This document shows, one piece after another, positions 47,316-60,300 of a stretch of DNA of 64,000 nucleotides. The notes beneath the pieces are model-generated. The model saw nothing but the letters and a program-made list of their open reading frames with translations, ran no database searches and was not told the origin of the DNA. The stretch comes from the human T2T-CHM13v2.0 reference genome, Homo sapiens. The translations under genes were made by a program, and so were the position numbers. The stretch lies in assembly GCF_009914755.1 (NCBI RefSeq), contig NC_060935.1; one strand, written 5' to 3'. Position 1 is the first letter of the stretch. The number at the start of each line of letters is the position of its first letter.

Positions 47316-47736
47316 TGGTCAGTTGATTTTCAACTTGTGTGCCAAAACCACTTAATGGAGAAAGGGCAATCTTTTTGACAAATGGCTCTGGGAAAACTGT
47401 ATATCCACATGCAAAAGAGTGCAATTGAACACTTACCTTATGACAGATTTTTCAAAATCCTTGAAATAGATCAAACACCTGAACATACGAGCTAAAATTA
47501 TAAAACCCTTAGAAGAAAACATAGGAGAAAATCTTATGACATTGAATTTGGCAAGGATTTCTTGAACATGCAGCAAAAGCACAGGCAATAAAATAGATAA
47601 ATAAGACTTCATCAAAATTAAAACCTCTTGTGCATCAAAAGAGAGGGAAAAGATAAGCCCAGGAGAAAATATTTGCCAATAATATACCTGATAAAGAATC
47701 AATATCTAGAACATATAAAGAACTCCTAAAATGTAG

Positions 47737-48273
<537 letters not shown>

Positions 48274-49000
48274 TGAGCACATACAAAGACACTCGACATC
48301 ACTATTAGGGAAATGCAAGTCCAGACCACAGGGAAATATCACGTGGTGATTTTTTTTTTTAAAGATAACAAGTGTTGGTGAAGATATAGAGAAATTGGAA
48401 CCGCCGTGCATGGCTGGCGGGAGCATAAAACGGCACAGCCGCTGTGGAGCAGTCTAGCAGCTGCTCAGAAAGCCAAACATAGACTTACCGTGTGACCCAG
48501 CCATTCTGCTCCCAGCCAGAGGGACTCCTAGCTGAGGAACTGGAAACAGGGACTCAGATTCCTGGGCACATTGCGATGTCCATCGCAGCCTCATTCACAA
48601 AACCAAAAGGCAGAAGCAGCCCGAGGGTCCACCGACGGGCGAATTGATGAACCCAGCGGGGCCCATCCACGCAGTGGAAAATGACTCTGCCTTAAACAAG
48701 GAAGGAGACCCAGACATAGGCAACAACACGGACGAAACTTGAGGACATGGTGCTCCGTGAAACAAGCCAGTCACATCAGAATGGGTATTGTATGAGTCCA
48801 TTTATACGAGGTCCTCTAGAGGACCAAACTTACGGAGAGAGTTGAGGTTGGTGGATGCGTGGGGCTCGGGGAGGGGAGTGGGAGCTGGTGTTTCATGGGG
48901 ACGGAGTTTCAGTGCAGGGCGATGGGAAAGCTCTGGGGATGGTCGGACAACAGTGTAAGTGGACTTAATGCTCCTATATTAATTTAAAAATGGCAAAATG

Positions 49001-49446
<446 letters not shown>

Positions 49447-51199
49447 GACTAAAATGATCAATGTTATGTCACATACACTTCACCACTGTTTTAGAAAAAA
49501 TGCCCTATAGTTTTCCTGCTTTAAATGATCGGATCAATTCGCCCCACTCCCCCGGGCTCCTCCCCACACCTGACCCTGCCCTCACTTCTGGCTCCCCTCA
49601 GCCCCCTGTGCCCCAGCCCCAGCCACACCAGGTGCATTTGGACCCTCCAGGTCGCCGAGTTCATCCCCGCCTCGGCGTCTCTGCACCTGCTGTTCCCTGG
49701 TTTACAGCTCAACCGTCATCCTCCCACCCCACCCAGAGGACCATCCTCTTTTGTTCCTTGGAAGCTGGTGCTGCTGCTGCAAAGTCCATGCTACTGGAAG
49801 CCTCGAAGTAGGGGGGATTCTGTTCTAGTCTTTGTCAAATCCCACTGCCCATGGCAGCACCAGGACCCAGTTGGGGCTCCTTGGAACTGGCAGGAAGGAA
49901 TCGGGTGGGGAGACAGGCAGAGAAGGGGGTCTGTGCAAAGACCAGGAGAAACCAGAGACAGGTCGTGGCGGGGGCTGAGACCTTCACACAGGGCAGGGGC
50001 CGCCCCGGGGGGTTCTCCTTGTCTTGCAGCCCCTGTGCAGGGCATCCTCAGAGCAGGGGCAGCCCAGGGCACCGGGACGCCCAGGTGGAAGGTGACCTGC
50101 CATCCTGCAGCTTCACTTCCTGCCGGGTGATTCGGTACCCCTGGTTGTGCCTGTCGCTCAGTGGGCCAGGGTCTAAGGGCTGTGAAGACTCAACATGCCC
50201 CCACCTGCTACTTCTGAACACCAGGCACTGGCTCTGAGACCCCCGGGCCTTGCTGGACATCTCCCCAGGTGTACTGGGCCAGGGGACAGGGGCCTGGCCA
50301 TCCCAACACCCAGGAGCAAGCAGCCCGTCACCTGCCCAGGTCCCCGAGGCCTGGAACACCTTCCTGCTGGGCCCACCCAGCCCTGGACCTGTCCCGCTTG
50401 GTCACACGATGGGACCCTCGGCCCATCAGCAGGTGAGCCCCCAGGAGCGTGCGTCTGGCCTGGTAAGGCCTCCACCCCAGGAGTTGGGGGGCCCCCGTGC
50501 CAGGGAGCAGGAGGCTGCCGAGGTGGAGGGTCCCACACAGCTACCACTCCCTATCCCCAGCACAGCCTGGGGCCTGGCTCTGAGTACACATCCTGGGGCC
50601 TGGCTCTGAGCAGACCAAGAGCCCATCCCTGCTTTGTGACCCCCTGGGCTGTGCCTGACACCCCAGGTGTCCAGCGTGGAGCTGGGGCCCAGCTCAGTGC
50701 CTGGGAGCTGATGGACCCTGGGGCCCGGCTCAGTGCCTGGTGGCTGATGGACACTGGGGCCTGGCTCAAACCTGCACCGCTGTGGTCGGGGGAGGGGAGG
50801 GCTGAGCCACGTGGGGACCCCAGCCCCAGTGACGACTCTTTGCGGTGGCCAAGCCCTCCAGGTGTCCCCCAGGGCTGAGGGGCTGGGCTTGGGGCAGCTG
50901 GTGACAGCAGATGGTGGCCCTGATCACTGGTGCCTGGACGGCCTCTGAAGGGGTCTGTGGGGTCCTGGACGGGTCCCCATTCATGGCAGGATTAACCCCC
51001 CTCGGGTTCTGTGTGGTCTAGGCCGCCCCTTTGTCTCCACTGCCCCCTGGCCAGAATGAGGGACAGTGACCCACCCAGGGCTGGGCCTGGCTCAGACTCC
51101 GTCAGAGCCGCAGGGCAAGTTCCTGGCACGTCCGAGGTGGGAGGCTCCTCTGCGCTCCAGGAGGCTGTGCCTGGCCCCCCTTCCCGGCAGGAACCGGCT

Positions 51200-51340
51200 G
51201 TGTCCCTTTCCTTCCTTTATCTTCTGTTTTCAGCGCCTTCAACTGTGAAGAGGTGAACTCTTCAAACACGCTGAGCAAACAGGCCCGACTCCCAGGGCCG
51301 CATCCGGGATGTCTCAATAGCTGTGGCCTTGACGTCCACC
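51200..51340 (+). promoter_or_regulatory. MUC5B upstream enhancer containing the rs35705950 site (G at 51235) and a FOXA motif (51271-51281)
   Basis: Context CTTCTGTTTTCAGC[G]CCTTCAACTGTGAAG recognised as the IPF-associated SNP ~3 kb upstream of the TSS; CTGAGCAAACA is TGTTTGCTCAG (forkhead) on the - strand. Confidence 0.88.
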
Positions 51341-52404
51341 TCGGACCCCTGCCCCGGACCCAGCCCAGTTCCCAATGGGCCCTCTGCCCGGGGAGGTGCC
51401 TAGTGGGAGGGACGAGGGCAAAGTCGGGGCCCCCACTTGTTTGGTGTCACTGTGTGCCAGCGGCCACTGGCGGGCGAGGCTGTTCCAGGGTGGAGGCGGG
51501 GAGGGTTGGACCACAGGCACTGAGCGGGGACAGAGGAGCTGCCTGAGGGTCCCAGCTCTGCCATGGAGAAAACGCTATCTCGCTGATGCAGAGGTGCCCG
51601 GCCCACTCGAGCTGGGGGTGAGGGGGCTGCTCCCCAGTGGGCCGCCAGCCCCCATGAAGGCCGCGGGCACCGGCCGTGGTCAGGGAGGGCAGGGGACAGG
51701 CAGTGGGGGCCAGCAGGGGAGACACTAGGCTTGGCCCCAGCACCCAGGTGGGCATCGGCTTGTGAGCTGGAGCCGCGGGCAGGGAGGGGGGATGTCACGA
51801 GGGCTTGGCTAAGGTGGGAGACCTGGGCGGGTGCGTCGGGGGGACGTCTGCAGCAGAGGCCCGGGCAGCAGGCACACCCCTCCTGCCAGTGCGAGGAACG
51901 AGGCGCCACAGCGGCCGGTAGCCCCCCATTTGCCCAGCCTGGCCTGGAGCAGGCAGGAAGGCCGGGGAGAGGGGTCTGGCTGGGGCCTGGGTGCAGTCAC
52001 AGCCACGAGCCCAGGGGTGGGGACTCTGGCCCACCCTCCAGACCATCCTCAAGGCCCACTGGCCCAGGCATCCCCGCCCACCCCTCCCACCGTGCCGTGC
52101 TGCAGCGGGTCTACCGGCCTGGATGTGAAAGAGAGCTTGGAGACCCCAGAGACCTCGGAACCTTCAGCTTTGGAAGTGACGTCGGTGGGGTGGGTGGGGG
52201 GAGCACAGGCTCTGGAGTCCCGGAAGTGAGCGGGGAGCTACGCTGAGATCTGGGAGACCCCCTGCCCCCACCCAGGTACAGGGCCAGGCAGAAGCCCGAG
52301 GTGTGCCCTGAGTTAAAGAAACCGTCACAAAGAACAAAGGGAGAAGGCGGGTTCCAGCCTCCACCACAGCCCTCGCGCTCTGAGGAGCCACCTGGGGGCC
52401 TCAG

Positions 52405-52996
52405 CCATGAGGGGTGACAGGTGGCAAAACGGGCCAGCTCCGTTCACGTCGCTGTGCAGCTGTCTCCGCCCTCCATCTCCAGAACGTTCTCACATTCCCA
52501 AGCTGAAACCCTGTCCCCATGCAACACCAGCTCACCATCCCCTCTGCCAGCCCCTGGCGCCCACCGTCCACACTCCGTCTCTGCGGGTTTCATGACTCCA
52601 GGGGCAGCACACGAGTGGCCCCTCCTGCCTTTGTCCTCTGTGTCCACCTGCCTCACTCTGCACAGTGTCCCCAGCTTCCCCCATGGAGCAGCCTGGGCCA
52701 GCCTCTCCTTTTCACGGCTGAACCGTATTCCACCGCACGGATCAGCCTCACGATGCTGACCCAGTCCTCCGCCCAGGGACACATGGGCAGCTTCTGCCCT
52801 TTGTCAGTGATGCTGCTGTGGACATGGGTGTGCAAATGTCCCTCAGGACCCGCCTTCAGTTCTTCTGGGGACAGACCCAGAGTGGAGTTGCTGGTCACCC
52901 CCACCAGCAGGGCACAGGGCTCCGGGTCCCCACGTCTCTGCCAACACTTCCTACTTCCTGTGTTTCTTGATCCCCGCCATCCTATTGAGCGTGAGA
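52405..52996 (-). mobile_element. L1MB-type 3' end fragment, GC-shifted
   Basis: ccatctccagaacgttctcacattcccaagctgaaaccctgtcccc, ggctgaaccgtattcca, tgatgctgctgtggacatgggtgtgcaaat match the reverse complement of the L1MB 3' UTR. Confidence 0.75.
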
Positions 52997-53112
52997 CAGG
53001 TCAGAAGCTTTGAAGATGGGCTTTCGTCTTGTCCCAGAAATCCCACCTCTAAGAATTTAACTTCAGAAAGACAAACGCGGGGGAGCTGGTGCAGGGCCCG
53101 TGACGGGGACTG

Positions 53113-53126
53113 TGACGTAAATAAAA
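53113..53126 (+). promoter_or_regulatory. MUC5B distal promoter element: CRE-like TGACGTAA overlapping TATA-like TAAATAAAA
   Basis: tgtgacgtaaataaaac about 1.2 kb upstream of the proximal TSS; a distal MUC5B TATA-like box is established. Confidence 0.7.
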
Positions 53127-53324
53127 CAACAGACCTGGACACCACCCTAGGGTCCCCATGGGGCCGGACGAGGCCACACCACCCGACCTGGTGCTTCCTG
53201 CCTGGCGTCTGCGCCACGGAGCATTCAGGACGCTGGTGACCAGGGAGCCAGGAGGTGGGAGCATCTGAGGTGCAGGTCACACGGGCAGGAGGTGTTTGCA
53301 AGAGGTATTGCAGCGCGGACGGAG

Positions 53325-53368
53325 TGTCCTGCAGATGACGCTGTCTGTCCTGTAGATGACGCTCGTCA
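53325..53368 (+). promoter_or_regulatory. Duplicated 18-mer with CRE half-sites and TGACG-CT-CGTCA palindrome (~-950)
   Basis: tgtcctg(c/t)agatgacgct at 53325 and 53346; inverted half-CREs at 53357-53368. Confidence 0.6.
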
Positions 53369-54194
53369 AGGAGGTTTACCACATAGCCCCCGGGAAGCCC
53401 ACCCAACACCAGCCGGAGGTGCTAGGCTTCTGCGGCTCCCACCTGGGGCAGGCGGAGGACCCCGGGCAGGTCCAGGACCCCCCGGAGCAGCTGCTTCCTC
53501 AACCCTGCCAGGGTTAATGAGGAGGCCCCAGAGTGAGGTGGAGGCCAAATGGGACTCAGGGCCGGAGCCTCTGGCCTGGCTGGATCAGGGCTGGCATTGG
53601 ACAAGCGCAGCTGACTCCCGATGTGCATGGCCAGGAGACACTCTGGGCCTCAGTTTCCCCTTGAATGTGAACCTTGAAACAGATCAGCCCAGAGACCTCC
53701 CACGGTCTTCAAGGGGCTCTGGTCAGCTGGGCTGGGGTCTCTGGAAATAGAGCCTCCTCCAGGGACCCCCACAAGCCACCCAGACTGAGCATCCTGGCCA
53801 TGTGCATGCCTGAGCTCAGCAGGAGCCTCCCGGCCTCCCCGTGGGCTAAGCAGTGGTGGGAGGGGAGCTCCAGCCTCGTGGGCCCTCCCCGGGCCTCGGG
53901 GACCCATGGTCAGTGGCTGGGGGTGCTGCCCAGAGGCTGGGATTCCCTTCCAGCAGGAGCCGCAGTGGGGCTGAGTGTGAGGCAGGCTGGCTGACCACTG
54001 TTTCCATGGACCCTGCGTCCAAGGCCAGCCCTGCCTTCCAGCGGCTTTGCCATCTAGGACGGGTGCCAGGTGGGGTAGGCCCTTCTCTCCCTTCCGATTC
54101 TCAGAAGCTGCTGGGGGTGGGGGCGTCCTGGGCCTCAGGGCACAGAGCTGCAAATCCTTCCTGATCCAGGCCTCTCCCCTGCCACAGCCCCTCC

Positions 54195-54310
54195 CCGAGA
54201 GCAAACACACGTGGCTGGAGCGGGGAAGAGCACGGTGCCCTGCGTGGCCTGGCCTGGCTTGGGGCCAAGGCTCCCTGCTACATAAGCTGGGGCCCCCAGG
54301 GGAGCAAGCA
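54195..54310 (+). promoter_or_regulatory. MUC5B proximal promoter: forkhead GAGCAAACA (54199-54207), CACGTGGC E-box/XBP1s-type site (54208-54215), TATA-like TACATAA (54279-54285); TSS ~54310
   Basis: Motifs read directly; the TACATAA box ~30 nt before the start is established for MUC5B; ATG at 54368. Confidence 0.82.
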
Positions 54311-54367
54311 CCCGGCCCGGCTCCCTCCCTGCCCGTCCCCGTCCCCCCACCCGTGCCAGCCCCCAGG

Positions 54368-57300
54368 ATGGGTGCCCCGAGCGCGTGCCGGACGCTGGTG
54401 TTGGCTCTGGCGGCCATGCTCGTGGTGCCGCAGGCAGGTAAGAGCCCCCCACTCCGCCCCCTCTCGATGCTGTCTTCACGGCGGGGGTCTCTGCAGGTCG
54501 CTTGCCTGGGAGCTTCTCCTGCAGAGTGCACGGGCAGATCCCCCTACGACTCCCTGAGTGTCCTGGATGGGACCCTACCCGTCCCCAACACAGGGCTCTG
54601 GGGCCCCACGGGCTCACAGTGTCAGGAAACTCAGGGGCTGGCTTGGATGGGGTGTCCAGGAGAAGGTGGGCCCCTGACCGCAGGGCAAGGCCCCTGGGAG
54701 ACCACCGAAAGGGTCTTGGTCTTGGGGGTGGGACAGGAGTGGGCAATGGGGGAGGGGGTCACAGCTGGGGGTCTCTCTGGAGCCCCATGAGGCCCAGGCA
54801 TCAGAGTGAGCAGGGGCAGGCTTAGCGTGGACCCCTGTCCAGGACCGGCTCTACCCTTCACGACCTCCCTGGGGATCACAGCTGGCAGGGCAGGTGAGGG
54901 TACCACCCTCAAGGGTTGCACAGCCAGCCGCAAGAGCCCCGGCCTCAACCCACGCTCGACTCCCACGGCCCATCTGTGGGCATCTCATGCCGCACGGGCT
55001 GCCTGGCTCTCAGCCGAGCGTTTTCCCTCGTCTGCTGTCTCTTGGCCAGAGCCGCAGCATTAATACTTACTGTCAATAGAGAAAGATGCAGCCCCAGGGG
55101 CCACCGGGAGACACCCAGCCAGGCTGGCCATGAGGCTGCTGCAGCCCCTCCCTGCCCCGCCCTCCGCCCCCTCCCAAGCTTGGGGTCTGGGCTGGGCAGG
55201 TGAGGCTCCCTGGGGTCTCTCTCCATCTGTGGAAGGGAGGCTGGGTGGTCAGCAGGGCTGGAGGCAGGGGGCTTCCCCCAGTGGCTCCCAGCCTGGGCCC
55301 GGGGGGAGCTGCGTCTGGCTGCAAGGTTTGGGGGCTGGTTTGACCAGAATAGCCACCTCCTTGCATCTGATTCTTCCGGGCCATGCAGCCTTGGCTCCCC
55401 TCACCTGAGCAGGCAGGGCCTAGGGACTCTCAGCCCACCCGTCCTCCTGTCCTCCACGCACGTCCAAGTTGGGGAGATCAAGCCCTTGGCAGGGACTGTG
55501 CTTTAGTCACCAGATGCACGTCCTGTGGCCGGGGAAGGCAGCCCTGCACAGAGCAGCTTCATGTTAGGGGACACACCCCAAAGTGATGGGGTGGCTGGTG
55601 GTGGGCACTTCTCTGGCTACAAGATGGAGGCCCAGGTGGTCCAGCCCAAGGAGGGCACTGCACGGAGCAGATAACCAAGGGCAGTCAGCCTGGGCAGGGG
55701 AGGGGCTGCCTGGGGGGGAGGGGTTGCCTGGGTTGGGGAGGGGCTGTCTGGGGCAGGGGAGGAGCTGCCTGGGGCGGGGGAGGGGCTGTAGGGCCAGGGA
55801 GGGGCTGCCTGGGGCTGGGGAGGGGCTGCTGGGGTGGGGAGGGGCTGCCTGCGGCGGGAGCCGGGGCGTGGGAGTGGCTGGTTGGGCTGGCACACAGGGG
55901 CAGGGCTGTGAGCTGTGGGTCGGGGTGGAGGACTCAGGGATCGGCTGGCTTTCTGGGAAAGGCAGTCAACCTGGATCTCTGGAGGCGGCCCCTGTGGTGG
56001 TTCCCAGATGTCAGCAGGACCTGGCTGGAAAAGCCAGGCAGGGCCAGGCCAGAGTGCGAACCACAGGGCCGGCCCCTCGCTGAGCCCTGACCATGCTGTG
56101 GGGGCTGGGGCCTCACCTCCCACCTCCCCACAGAGAGTCTCAGATCAGGATCCAGGGAGGAGCTCTGGGGTCCTGTGAAGGGGGCGCCCCAACCCAAACT
56201 GGGCAGACAATGGCCGGGGGTCCTCAGAGTCCTGTGGGTTGGAGCTGCCTCCTCCCAGCCTCCATGGGGTTGGTGGGTGAGGCCTTGCCCGGAGGCGGTG
56301 GTCAGCCTGGGGGACCTTGGGCGGCCATCCCAGTATCAACGGCCACACAGCTTGCGCGGCCCAGAGTCCTGCCCCCAGCCTGCCCCACTCGCCCTGACTT
56401 AGGATCTAGTTCGAAACTGGTTCTGTGTTTAGGTTTCTGCTAAGTCACGCCTGGAAGGCTCCAAGTGTGTCCTCCTAACAAAGCTGGTCTTTGTCCTTCT
56501 CCAAGGGATGTGTGGGATGGGGCGAAATCCCCCCTTGGGGCGGCCAACGCCTTTTCCTGATTCCATTTTCTCCCCCATCCCTTGAGAAGGAGGCACCATC
56601 CCCGCCTGTCAGTCGGGGACAGGGCAGGCCGTGCTGGGGGCAGCTCAGGGCTCCCTGCTGGAAGCTTCCATCCCGCAGGCTTTCCATAGCATTGAGCAGG
56701 AGCGGAGGCATCTGCGGCTGACGGTTGGGGTGGCCTGAGCGGCTGGGGAGGAGTCCCGGCCTTGGCCACAGTGTGTCGTGAGGGTGAACCTGCAGGGCAT
56801 GGAGACCGCCACCAAGGACCCCACATGCGGCTGCCGCACCAGGGATGTGGCCAGGTCCGTGGTTGGGTTCGTGGCTGGCAGCCACATCTAGTTCCTCACT
56901 GACTCCCATTCCCTCTTCCCACAGAGACCCAGGGCCCTGTGGAGCCGAGCTGGGGGAATGCAGGGCACACCATGGATGGCGGTATGTGGCCAGGTTCGGG
57001 GGTGGGGGGTTCCTGACCAGGCTGGAGGGGCTGGAATTTGGGCTGGGGCAGGCAGACGCCTCTCCAAGCAGCCATGCGTCTGACAGAGACCCTCCCTGGG
57101 TCCCCTGCCCAGGACAATACCCAGCACCCGAGGCGGAGCTTGGTGCTCCAAAGAAGAGGAAAGTGCAGAGCAGAGAGACATGCACACAGAAGCACACGCG
57201 TGGACAGGCACATGCGTGCCCACACTTACACTGGCACACACATGTGTGCACACACAGGCCAAAACACAAGGGCAGCAGTGTTTGTGGGGCAGACAGGGCC

Positions 57301-60300
57301 AAGGGTAAAGGGGCTGCCTTGGCCCCAGCCCATCAGTTTTGGGCTCCCCTTCAACTCTGGTGGCTGGCGAGGAGGGTGGGCCCCGGGGAGGGTGTCTCTG
57401 CTTCCCCTTCCTGGCCACGTTCCTGGGGTGACCAGCCTTCACCCACAGGTGCCCCGACGTCCTCGCCCACCCGGCGCGTGAGCTTTGTTCCACCCGTCAC
57501 TGTCTTCCCCAGCCTGAGCCGTAAGCAGATGCTGCCCCTGCCAGCCGGGAAGGGGGTGTTTGCCAGTCCCAAAGGTGGGGGCCCAGATCTAGGGGTGCAG
57601 CTGCCACCAGGTGGGGCCGTTGGGCCAGACCCAGAGTCCTCCGTGTGGGCGGTCTCCTGGTCACTGGCCACCCTGGGGGATGGGGACGGGTCAGGGGTCT
57701 TGGAGCAAAACAGACGCAGTCCAGGGTGAGCCAGGCAGGGCACAGCCAGCAGCCGACCATGGGCTTTTCCATTCCAAAAACCAGGGTGCCTCGGCCCAGG
57801 GGAGGCTACCCCGTGGGGGGCTGGCATGGGGATGGGCCTCATCCCGCGCTCCCCACAGCCCTGAACCCGGCGCACAATGGGCGGGTGTGCAGCACCTGGG
57901 GTGACTTCCACTACAAGACCTTCGACGGCGACGTCTTCCGCTTCCCTGGCCTTTGCAACTACGTGTTCTCTGAGCACTGCCGCGCCGCCTACGAGGACTT
58001 CAACGTCCAGCTACGCCGAGGCCTAGTGGGCTCCAGGCCTGTGGTCACCCGTGTTGTCATCAAGGCCCAGGGGCTGGTGCTGGAGGCGTCCAACGGCTCC
58101 GTCCTCATCAATGGGCAGCGGTGAGCCGGCCACCCTGGGGAGGGGCGAGGGCCGGGCCACACAGTGTGACCTCCCCACACGGCCATGTCTGACCTGGGCC
58201 AGGGCTGGGGTGGGGTTGGGTGGGCAGGCAGCCAGGAGAGCGGGGCCCAGGGAGAGACCCCGCTGTCTGCGCAGGGAGGAGCTGCCTTACAGCCGCACTG
58301 GCCTCCTGGTGGAGCAGAGCGGGGACTACATCAAGGTCAGCATCCGGCTGGTGCTGACATTCCTGTGGAACGGAGAGGACAGTGCCCTGGTGAGGAAGCC
58401 CCCTCGCCCCTTGCCCCTTCAGGCCTGGCCACAAAACCCCCACCGGGGGTCGAGGGATGCCTCCCTGGGCTTGGGGTCACGGGGCTTGGGGCATGTTGCC
58501 AGTGGGGGGATCAGAGGTCCTGAGGCTGGAGCTGCCCCTCCCCACTCTCAGCTGGAGCTGGATCCCAAATACGCCAACCAGACCTGTGGCCTGTGTGGGG
58601 ACTTCAACGGCCTCCCGGCCTTCAACGAGTTCTATGCCCACAGTGAGTGCCACCTGGGTGAGGGGGCGGTGACCAATTATGTCGGCCAACGAAGAGCCAC
58701 AGTCCCGGGGAGGCCGGGAGGGGGCGGAGTGGGGACCGGGCACCAGGCAGGGAGGGGCCACGAGGACTGTGCCCTACATGGTGGGAGGAGTGCCCCTCGG
58801 GGGTGTTGGGCCCTAGGCAGGAGTGGGAGTCCTCTGGCCTGGGCTCAGGAAGTGGGAGCCCATATCTTGTCCCCAGGAGCCCCTCAGAGCCACCACACCC
58901 CTGCTTTCTTCCCGGCAGACGCCAGGCTGACCCCGCTCCAGTTTGGGAACCTGCAGAAGTTGGATGGGCCCACGGAGCAGTGCCCGGACCCGCTGCCCTT
59001 GCCGGCCGGCAACTGCACGGACGAGGTGAGTCCCCCGCCACCCCCAGCTCCTGGGCAGGGACGGCCTCCAGGTCCAGGGGGAGCTGGGCCGAGGTCTGAG
59101 GAATGTTCCCAGCTGGTGGAGAGATGGTGCCATTGGAGGGAGGCCGGGCAGCCACCCTCTGTGTGCTCAGTTCCACGGTACACACTGTCCGAGTGTGGTG
59201 ACGTGCGTGTTCATCAGGCCACGCGTGTGCCCATCTGTGTGAGCAAACACAGGCCCATGCTGCACAGGCTGGGCTGAGGGTGGGCACTCGGGAAGCCCGG
59301 AGCCAGCCCTTCCCACCAGCAGGTGGACTCAGAAGGGGCCTGGAGGCTCCAGGATCCCCAAACCAGCAGGATCTCTGAGCCTTAAATTGTGCTGTGAATG
59401 ACAGCATGAGCCCCCCTGTGAGCTGGGCCCCGCAGCCGGCAGCCCTGGGCCTGGGGACGGAGGACACTCAGCACTGGACTGCCCTGAACCTGCCGGGCTG
59501 CCCAGAGAGGCGGGGCCTCCACCTCCCCTCCTTGGCTCCGCCTCCTGGGGTGGGGGTCTGCACCTTTCTTGGGCGCTTACTCCACGGGCAGGCACATCCG
59601 GAGTAGGGGATCCCGGGTCACGGGTCACTCCCCAAGGGCCAAGCAGAGCTCTGCATGGCCACAGTGGGTGGAAGGGGTGGGGCTGGGTACAAGGAACCCC
59701 GACAGGGAGAGGGCTTCCCGGCCTGGCCTGCCATGGGTCCTATTCCAGCACCGTGGCAGCCCCCATGGATGGCAGGGGTGCCCAGCCTGGCCCACTGTGC
59801 TCCCCAGGAGGGCATCTGCCACCGCACCCTGCTGGGGCCGGCCTTTGCGGAGTGCCACGCACTGGTGGACAGCACTGCGTACCTGGCCGCCTGCGCCCAG
59901 GACCTGTGCCGCTGCCCCACCTGCCCGTGTGCCACCTTTGTGGAATACTCACGCCAGTGCGCCCACGCGGGGGGCCAGCCGCGGAACTGGAGGTGCCCTG
60001 AGCTCTGCCGTGAGTGCTCCCAGGGCCTTCGCCAGGGATTGTGCCAGAGAGAAGGGGCAGGGGGAGCGCCTTGGGGGCCACTGGGGGTGGGGAGGCCTGG
60101 GGGACAGGGGTGGAGGGCAGAGGACCCACCCCAGGCATAGTGGGCAGAGGCCACCCCAGGACCCCAGGAGGGGGTGGGGCCTCCGGGGGCTGCAGGGGAA
60201 GGAGAGGCTGTGGAGAGGCTGTGCAGCAGGTGGCAGGGGCTGGGGCTGGAGGGTGTAGCTGCCCACGATGAGGGGCGTCAGGGCCACCCTGGGGCCTAGC

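Noticed and set aside
50566-50768. Short 26-bp and 36-bp local duplications (ctggggcctggctc core) upstream of the enhancer
   Set aside because: Ordinary slippage duplications with no clear motif content.
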